A stretch of 64,000 bases of DNA from Squalus acanthias. Its lineage: Eukaryota. Where the stretch lies: contig CM059425.1 in NCBI GenBank assembly GCA_030390025.1, positions 164,426,001 to 164,490,000 on the forward strand, read 5' to 3'. Positions 53,301-62,300 of this stretch are shown in pieces. The position numbers and the translations under genes were made by a program. The notes under the pieces were generated by a model. The model made no database searches. It had not been told where the DNA came from and saw only the letters and a program-made list of their open reading frames with translations. The first letter of the stretch is position 1. The number at the start of each line of letters is the position of its first letter.

Positions 53301-56300
53301 CATTTCCTCAGGCCGATTTCACCCCATTTTCTCCTCTTAGATATCTCTGAGGCCAGAAATTAATTAGGAACGGCCTCCTCCTAGATTCATACCACCAGCA
53401 CTGTTAGTTCATCAGAGAGGGGCACAGCAGGGAGCCAATGACGACACGCTTACTGTTCCTCTCACTTTGCTTGTACAAACCCGGCAGTTCAACAGAGATT
53501 GCACCCACGGGGCCACCTTCCAGTTCTGACCCTGGCGGAGATTATAGGGAGTTAGCTTGATTAGCATTGGACCAGCGATCACCTGCAGCAGTACAGCTGG
53601 ATCTCAGGCACCCACCTCCCTCGTGCTGCTGTAAACTGTTGTCTGCCAGCTGCCTTCACCCCAAATAATGGGGGCCAATAGATAAAATTGAAAATGCTCT
53701 TCCACCTCTTTGGAGGTCCTGTCCACTTCTCTACCCTGTATTGTTTTCCCCCAGCGGTGCCCAATCCTGCCCTTCTGCAGGCCAGAACGCCTCCAGTTGG
53801 CAGTCTTAAAGCAGGCCATATATGTGCCGGGGAAGTGTGAACTCACAGCATGGGCACTCCTTGCTCCAGCTGACATAACTCGCTTTTTTGGGAGTGGCCA
53901 ACTGCTCCGTCCCTTATAAGGCAAAGTGGAAATTTTCATTCGAGGTCAGGACACGGCATATACAAATCCATATGAAAAATATGCCTTAATCACGTATTTA
54001 TGTTTTAGATGTTACAAGCTATCCCTACTTTAGGTGATCTGGTACAGTGGCATCTTTGGTCTCAATGACAACAGATTGGATGTAACTAGATTGTACTTGT
54101 GAAGACATCTGGCACTCATTCTAATCTCAAGTTATGTGAAATGACTGTTGTCTTGCCAGCATCAGAATGGGATAATGATGCTCCTACCGCAATATGAAGC
54201 AAAATAAGTGAAGGAGAGATTCACAGCTCTTCACTTGAATTCACTGATGCCATTTTTGCAGCTGAGGCATGAAGTAAAGTGTGGAGGCAGTGAGTTGGGA
54301 ACAAGATTGGGACTAGAAGTGGAATGGGAATTTAAAATATCAAATTGCAACTTTCGGATCTGCCAGAATATAAGGAGTGTTAGCTAATTCCTTTACCACT
54401 GTCGCAAGTGTATTTCCTATAAAAATAAAAGCTTGAGTTTGTTCTGCCCAAATGGAGAAGCGAACTCAAAATCTGAGGCAATTGTGGGGTTTGCAGTTTT
54501 TACAAATCAGGTCAGCAAACTATCTAAAAGCAAGTATTCAGTGTAAGGAGAGTTGAAAAATATTCTAACTTTATAAGTTGTACTATACTTGCAACAGAAA
54601 ACTCTAGCACTATGTGCTTGTAGAATAATAAAAATTGCTGTCCAGTTTAATCTTAATAAAGTTGTGTGAAACCTTTCAAACCAATTAGTAACTTTCATAG
54701 TCCGTGCTGTAAACCGCAGTGGTTTACAGATTGCAGTAAATCCCCTTCCCTTCAGATTAGTCAACTAGTTGACATCTTATTCCATTTAACAGAGTTCTGA
54801 AGGATATTGCTTGTGTGCTGGATCTCAAATTTAATTTAAGTTTACAACTGATATAATCTCACATTGAAGATCTTCCAGTAAAGGTGGTAGAATTTGTTCT
54901 GGAAACCTGGTGTAGCTGAGGACGAACAAGTGAAACTGAAATAATAATTGAAATGATCATTTCTGTCTTACGAAGGTACCTGTGAAAGCTTCGACAGCTG
55001 CCTCAGTTTCTTCAAGTCAAAGTGATGCTAAGGTAAGTGAAAAAGAGTAAAATGTGAAATACATGGCAACTGACAATGACAGTAAAGGAACTGCACAAAC
55101 AAACTGATTTAGGACACCTTCGCAGATCATTCATCAAATGTCTTTCAGATATCAAAACAGCAGTTCTGAACTCAATAACCCAACCTGTGTTTGCCATTTT
55201 TACAAAATTCATCCTTCAATTCAGCAAAATCATCTCATACTTTAGCCAAATCCAGGCTGCAAGAATAATCCCATCACACCCTTCCAGAAGCAGATCAAAC
55301 TCTAAACAATGCTTCCAGTCTCTTATTCCAAACATCTTCACAACTGTCTGATCTTTGCCTGCACCGTGCTTCCCCACATGTGTGAAAAACAAACTAATTC
55401 ACAAAAACAGATTTTAAATTCACCAATCAGTGATTGTAGAAACTAAAGTCATAATTATCCCACTTCACACTCCCAGTGTCGAGGCTGCCCTCCAGGAGGA
55501 GGAAGTCGGGAAATTTCCGCTTCAGTGGAAGCAGCAGTTGCTTGGGTTGTTTCAGTAACATATTTCACCGCTGTCAGAATATGTTTCCGCTGAGGTGTGT
55601 CAGAAAATGAAAGAAATGCCTTTTATTTTTAAAGGGTAAAGATGCCTTTGACCTGCTTTCAGAAATGCTCCCATCAGAAGCACCAGACAATTCAGCTCCT
55701 AAATACACTGGTCCTGCAGTGAAGGTACAAATGAAAATTGTCTCCTAATACTTTCAGTCTTTGAATAAGATTCCTGTTACTGCATCATATATTGTTCTGT
55801 TACTTGGTGGAGCTAATTTACATCTGTACACATGAAATCAGTCTGTTGGTTACATTGTCATTCCCCCAGTCCAGTGACAGCAATGTGTAACAGTAATGGT
55901 ACCACCTGCTATTCTTACTTCCACTAGTGGTGGCCCTATTACCTATTTTTTTAAATCATTAGAATGCCTGTTTTTCTGCCTTGCTCGAGAGTTGGCGTTG
56001 TAACGTTTCCTGAGTGTCCTTCAGTAACAACAACTTGCATTTATATAGCTCCTTTTACGTTGAAAAACATCCAAAGGTGCTTCAGAGTTGCAATTAAAAA
56101 TAAATGGAGACCAAACCAAAGAAGGAGATAGTAGGACTGGCAACAAAAGCTTGGTCAAAGAGTTACGTTTTAGGGAGGAATTCTTAAAGGAGCACAGGGA
56201 GTTAGAGAGTACGGATTGTTTAGGGAGGGAATACCAGAGCATGGGGCCTCGACAACTGAAGGCACGGTCACTAATGATAGGGCAAAGGTAATGTGGGTGC

Positions 56301-59300
56301 CAAGAGAATGATGTGGAGGCGATAAGAAAAGCCAACTGTGGAGATACACAATCGGGTAGGCAGGAGTGGAACAAAGCTAGGGTAGTTCTACTGAGTTTGA
56401 CAATGGATGAGATGCATTGGAGGAGGAGGCTGCTCAACCATGTCAAAAGCTGCAGAGAGGTCAAGGAGGGATAATGCATCACGATCACAGTCACAGAGGA
56501 TGACTTTGTGACTTTGGTTAAGGTTGCTTTGATGCTGTGGCATCCTGATTGTCACAACCTGATTGTAGAGATTCAAAAATGGAGCTAGAGGAAAGATGAG
56601 CACAGATTTGGGAGGTGACAACACATTCAAGGACTTTGGAGAGGGAAGGGTAGTTACAGATGTTAAAGATGGGGCAGTAGTTTGCAACAGGAGAAGGTTT
56701 GAGATTTTTTTTTCTGGAGAGGGAGGATGATGATGATGATGATGATAATTATAAATGTAGGTGGGCTGTACTTGAGAAGGGCACCCCTTACAATGTTAAC
56801 TAGTATGGGGGCCAGGAAGGAACTTGCGTGGTCAGCAGTTTAATGGGAATCAGGTGAAGTCAGCATGATCTCATGGAGAAGGTGAGCTTGGAGAGGGCAC
56901 GAGGGGAGATCGGAGAGAAACTAGACATAGATGTGGATTCAGGGCTAGGGCAGGAAGGAGCCTAGGTTTGGCTTGGTGAGCAAGGGAAGGGGAGGTCGCA
57001 ACAGAGGCAGCTGAATGGATGATTTAAATCTTAGCGACAAAGAAAGAAGGAAAGAACTTGCATTTATGTAGCACCTTTCACGACGTTCCAATGTGCTTTA
57101 CAGCCAGTGAAGTACTTATTAAGTCTAGCCACTGTTGTAATGTAGGAAATGAGGCAGCCAATTTGCACACAGGAAGGTCCCACAAACAGCTGTCAGATAA
57201 ATGACCAGATAATCTGGTTTATTGATGTTAGTTGAGGGAAGCACCGCACTGCTCTTCTTCAAATATTGCCGTGGAATCTTTTACATCCACCCAAGAGGGC
57301 AGACTTGGATTAGCATCTCATCCGAAAAGGCACCTCCAGCAGTGCATCACTCCCTCAGTACTTCACTGTAGTATTAGTTTCGCTGGAGTGGGACTTGAGC
57401 CCTTCTGACTCAGAGACATGAGTGCTACCACTGAGCCAAGGCTGACACCCTATTCATGAGCTCCTTGCACTTGTTGGCAGTGAGGGTGGAGGGGTACGGG
57501 GTTAGTGGGGAAAAGAAGCCAGTGGTTATCTTTGCTCTCCTGGATGATGCTGGACAGTGAGGCTTGATCAATGGTGCAGCCATATCCAGTGATGGACGAC
57601 TAAACCTGTTGTGGGATAGATATGCTTAACTCTGTACCCCTTAGACTTGAGGGAGTGAGGATGTGGATCAGACCAGAAGGAACAATGAGGATGCGAGAGA
57701 GTAAAGGATTTACTGCAGGCAATGGCATCAAATGAATCAACTTGTAAGCTCTCAATCTTATTGATAGAAATGCGTGAATGTTGCCTCCCTTTTGCCCTGG
57801 AGTCTCATTGATATGCTCAGGCTCCCCATGTCACAAACTCCAGGTATAACTCTATTCATAACAACCGGTGCCAACTGGTATAGATTATTTACAGGCACCA
57901 CAGCAGATTTACACTAAAATTGAATACCTAAATGCTGATTTCATTTAGTTAGCTTTACCAAAAATTTCTTGAGCACAATATATGGATGTTCAACCTCAAT
58001 ATTTATGTGAATTTTGATTGTTTTAAAAAATATTTTATTTGTCATATTTTCAGGAATCTGATGCTTCCAAGAAGAAGGCAGAACGAGTGGGAGAAACTGA
58101 AAAATCTATACCTCCTGAATACAGATTTACAGAGCAAGCTGATCCTAAGGTTCAGGTCAACAATTAGTTTGCATTAAGTCAATAATTGTTTCAATACTTT
58201 ACTATTTTTAAAATATTTCTATATTGAGAATAGCTAGAAAAATTTTGAATGTAAAAATACTTTTGTAATTATGGTACAACAGCAGAAATTATCCTAAAAT
58301 CACAGTAATTATAAAAGTGTAAATACTGAATAGTTATTCTAAAACTAAAGTCAATACACACCAATAGTCTTCATTGATGAATCCAGCTATATAATAACTA
58401 AATGCTGTGGTTACTCAGCTTACTGATCAGATGAGGTTTACACTAGTGTGTGCACACCACATTTACACTGGACTGATTTCTCTCTGGGATGCTGAAGTAT
58501 TTTACTATATTTGTGTTGTTGCTTTACTAGCTGCTTTCAATTCTAAATAATTCTGATGGCCCAAAGACGAATCTGATTAAATTTGTTTTTTGCAACAGGA
58601 TAAAGGTAAACTGGCCTCTCCCTCCACTGATCCAGGAGCAAAACCAAAGGCAACAGAGACGGTAAAGCTCAAATGATTTTCTTCTTGAAGGAGAATTTAG
58701 TTCCCTATAGGAGAACTCTTCAAAACACTAGTCCATACGTCAGTGACTCGCATGACCTTATTATATTAAGGGTAGTGGTGGAAGTTTGTTAAAGGGTACC
58801 AACTGACTCAGTGCCAGGGTTAGGATCAGCAGTGATACTCCAGTTATTGCCCAAGATTGGAGGACCCCACACTCACACATTCTGAGTTTTGGAAGAAACA
58901 AAATGATGAGTGTGTCTTTCATTCTTTTTTACTCTTGGGCAGGAGAGCAAGAGAAACATAAAGTTACTTAGAACATAAAAAAGTCTGAGAAGAGATAAGT
59001 TGTTGTCCCATCGGAAACTCATTCCCATCACTTTTTCTACCCCGAGATGCCCCTTTGGAGGGAGAGGGCCTTGTGAAGACTCCCCACCATTAATTTTGGC
59101 CCCCAACACTTACCAGCTTAAGACCCCAGTCTTAACTGAGGCTTCAGTGGGACATCACCTTCAATCTTCAGGGTGATTCTGCACCTTTAAGTTCCTTCGG
59201 CGGCCCTTATAGTGCTACAGTACCATCGATATTCTGCTCTCTGCACTGATAGGGACTCTCTTGGCAGTGTGAATCCCACCAGGAAATCCCACCACGCAAA

Positions 59301-62300
59301 TGGGTCAGGGTTGGGAAGTTTCGGGAAAGTGGAAGTTCCCTCCCAGAAATGAGTTTCCCAGCCCAATTCTCATCTTTAATGTGGTCAGCAATTAGGTTTG
59401 TTTAAGAGAATGTGAATCAGGCTGCGGCATTTCAGGACTGATTGACAGAGGAAGCCTTGTTTATGCTATCTGTTGGAGACTCATATGTTTTGTAATGCTA
59501 TTTGTATGTGGAAATGGATGAATGACAAAACATTGGTTTCATTTCCCTTCATTTTTAGCTGTCATTTAATCCCTTGCCTGTTCATTTTTGGTGAAGGCTT
59601 CTAATGAATGAGCTGACTATTCTAACGACTTTGAGAATTTTTGTCTCCACCACTCACCCCGCAATTTTGGCACGTCTTTAATTGTTCCCGTCCCTTTAAA
59701 TTTCACTTCCACTACTTTGTCTTGAGATTTTGGACGGGGGTGGGGGGTCTTTAGATTGAAAGTGCTTTTTTCATCCACTCCCATTTTAGCTTCTTTTGTA
59801 ATAGTTATTAAAGGAACACCCACTCTGCTGTATCAGTTGGCTCAGGGGTGACATTGGCTGAGGTTATCTGCTGCTAAGGGAAATGGTGCATGGCATGTGA
59901 GGACCTAAAAGGAACAACATTTAAAAAACAGGGAGGTAAAGAGACACACAAGTTATGCTACCTTTTTAAAAATATTGCCATAGTATTGTGGAATTGAAGC
60001 ATTTTTATGTTTAAATTGGTTTGATTTTACTCGGTGTATCTTAGATCTGTATTATCTGAATTATGTTTGAGACTGATTAAATAGGTCATGTTTACTGACA
60101 GTTACTAACAAAGGCCGATCTGGTAGAAGGTCTGTCATCAGATTTTGACTCCTGTTCTTCAGCTTCACATTCTGTGGCAGAGGTCTCCAAGGAGAAAGAG
60201 GTATGGTTTATTGAACCCTAAAATCCTTATCAAAAATGTTTCATTCTTTAAATGACCCATTAAACAATCTAATGTGTTCTGTACTTGCATGTGATTAAAA
60301 TTTATTTAAATCAATGCTTATTTTCATTATTGTCAAAAGCAGGGCTGGATTTCTAAGACCCCAGAATTTACCAGGACTAACAACTAAGTGCTCTAAAATT
60401 ACATTTATTCCTTTAGTGCTTTATGTGTGGGTGTGTGTACTTAGCTCCATATTAATACCATAGAAAATATTTTCATCATTAACCCAATTTGCCTTGCCCC
60501 TCGAGGCTCCCTGATCCGGAATCAGTGGATGGAAAATCATGCACTACATTTCCCAAGCAATACGGTCTGTGGGTGCTGCTGCCCACTCGGGCCCTGGAAT
60601 GTAGAATCACCCCTCACAGTTCTCTAGTAGATTTCCCCTTTCTCTTTCTCAGCTACAACATAGGAACAGGAGGTGGCCATTCAGTCCTTCAAGCCTGATC
60701 TGCCATTCAATTGGATCATGGTTGATCTATATCTCAACTTCCATTTACCAAGGACCAAGGAAGCTGACAGCACTATGCATAAATTTGATGACATACGGAT
60801 TGGATCAACTTAGTCTTTTGAAACATTTTTTTTCTTTGTTCCCGGTGTACCTTGCTGTTTGATATTCTCAGTACCCGGATTCATGTGCACATGTACACAC
60901 AGCTACACACTGGTGTTTTAATAGACCCCTTTCACTTGAGCTTTCCGTACTGAATAGCCCTGCCTCCAAATCACATTCTCTCACTCGAGCAAAAAATAAA
61001 AGGATTATAGATTACAGAATTTACAGCTCAGAAGGCGGCCGTTCAGTCTGTTGTGCCTGTGCCGAAGCTAGCTTTTCAACTGAAACTATTTTCCTCTTGT
61101 TGCGCTTGGAGTAAAGGAACACCTAGGTGCAGCCAATAGAGGAAAATCAGGCCCCCACACACCTGTAACAAAGCCTGCCCAGTTTTTCATCCATTAACTT
61201 AAATGGGCAGATAATCAGGCAAGTTTCACTTATGGACATGTAATTCTCCTTGCCCAATTTTCCTTTATGCACTGTGTGCAGTTGATCCTTTATGTCAAGT
61301 GCAATAACGGAAAAATCTGCCTATCTTCATAAATCCAGGAAGGGAAAAGTAGCACCTGGAATCCTGGCACCTGTAATATCTCACAACCAACTGTGAATAA
61401 ATTGGGAGAAATTCACCCAGTAATGTGGATTCCTGGGATCCCATGGCTCGGGCATAGTTCTCAAGCTGGTCTGAAGTTGTGACCCCACTTGTTTTAAATG
61501 AGACAGTTAATGACTACTTTCCTCATTGGGCCTTCCTCCTTGCTAGGCTGCCCTGCTGAAGTCACCAATTCAATGGTTTCCATGCAAGTAATAAAATTAG
61601 CATTAAATTTAGTAATTTTCTTCATAGAGTGGGTGAGGACTTTCATTCAAAGTATTCCTCATAGAATACCCTTCTGTTTTAATATTCATTGTGAACTGAC
61701 ATTTGCTTTACTGGATAGAATGGCACTATTAAAGGCATCTGTGCATAGTAACCTACATTTTCTGAATACAAGCAATTTTTTTAATTGAATGTTCTTCCTG
61801 AAGTCTAATTAAATTATTTTTCTTAAAAAGTAAATATCTCAAAAATATATCCATGCTACGAAATATTACAGCATTATCCATATTGAGCACATGCATACCA
61901 CTGAACAAAGCAATCATGCAAACTGCATCACTATGTTATGGATGATGGGTTTAAATCTGCAGTTTTGCACCTGTAACAGTGAGCTAATGCATTCCCACAG
62001 GCAGATCATAATACTGGAGGTGTAAGCAAGGCGGCTTCATCTGCAACACGCCCCAAAACCAGTGACGTAGGTCCAAAATCACCAAAGGTAAAGACAAGTG
62101 TGAGCAGGAATGCTTTAATATGGAATATAAAACCATCCCTAACTTCACACCTGAATTTATAACTTGGTGGAATTTTTTCCTTGTATGGTGAATCAGTTGT
62201 GTTGAGGAATTGCCTGCTACACATAAGCTTGAACCTAGAAACATGAGCTGTGAGACCCAAAATTGGAAAGTCTATTTGTACCAGCAAAAATAGAATAGAC

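Larger units (their letters stand above)
1705..55870 (+). repeat. Intragenic tandem array of a ~5.6-kb unit (one calpastatin domain per unit); ~6.7 copies visible, continuing upstream of the window
   Basis: Exon-C start spacings 11428, 5624, 8023, 11364, 8490, 5574 bp; all reduce to ~5.55-5.63 kb after subtracting insertions; the same spurious ORFs recur in each unit. Confidence 0.97.

Noticed and set aside
2211..54764. Recurrent short ORFs (MTSWILCQQ, MATPKKAS, MTNLKGRG, MYLGAELS, MVLNNYIS) as a tandem small-gene family
   Set aside because: Off-frame or antisense shadows of the unit; several frameshift between copies; the real coding signal is the spliced frame
1705..55870. Array as separate tandem genes, a satellite, or an assembly artefact
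   Set aside because: No stop or terminal exon within units; frame runs through to unique 3' exons; each unit has private variants and insertions
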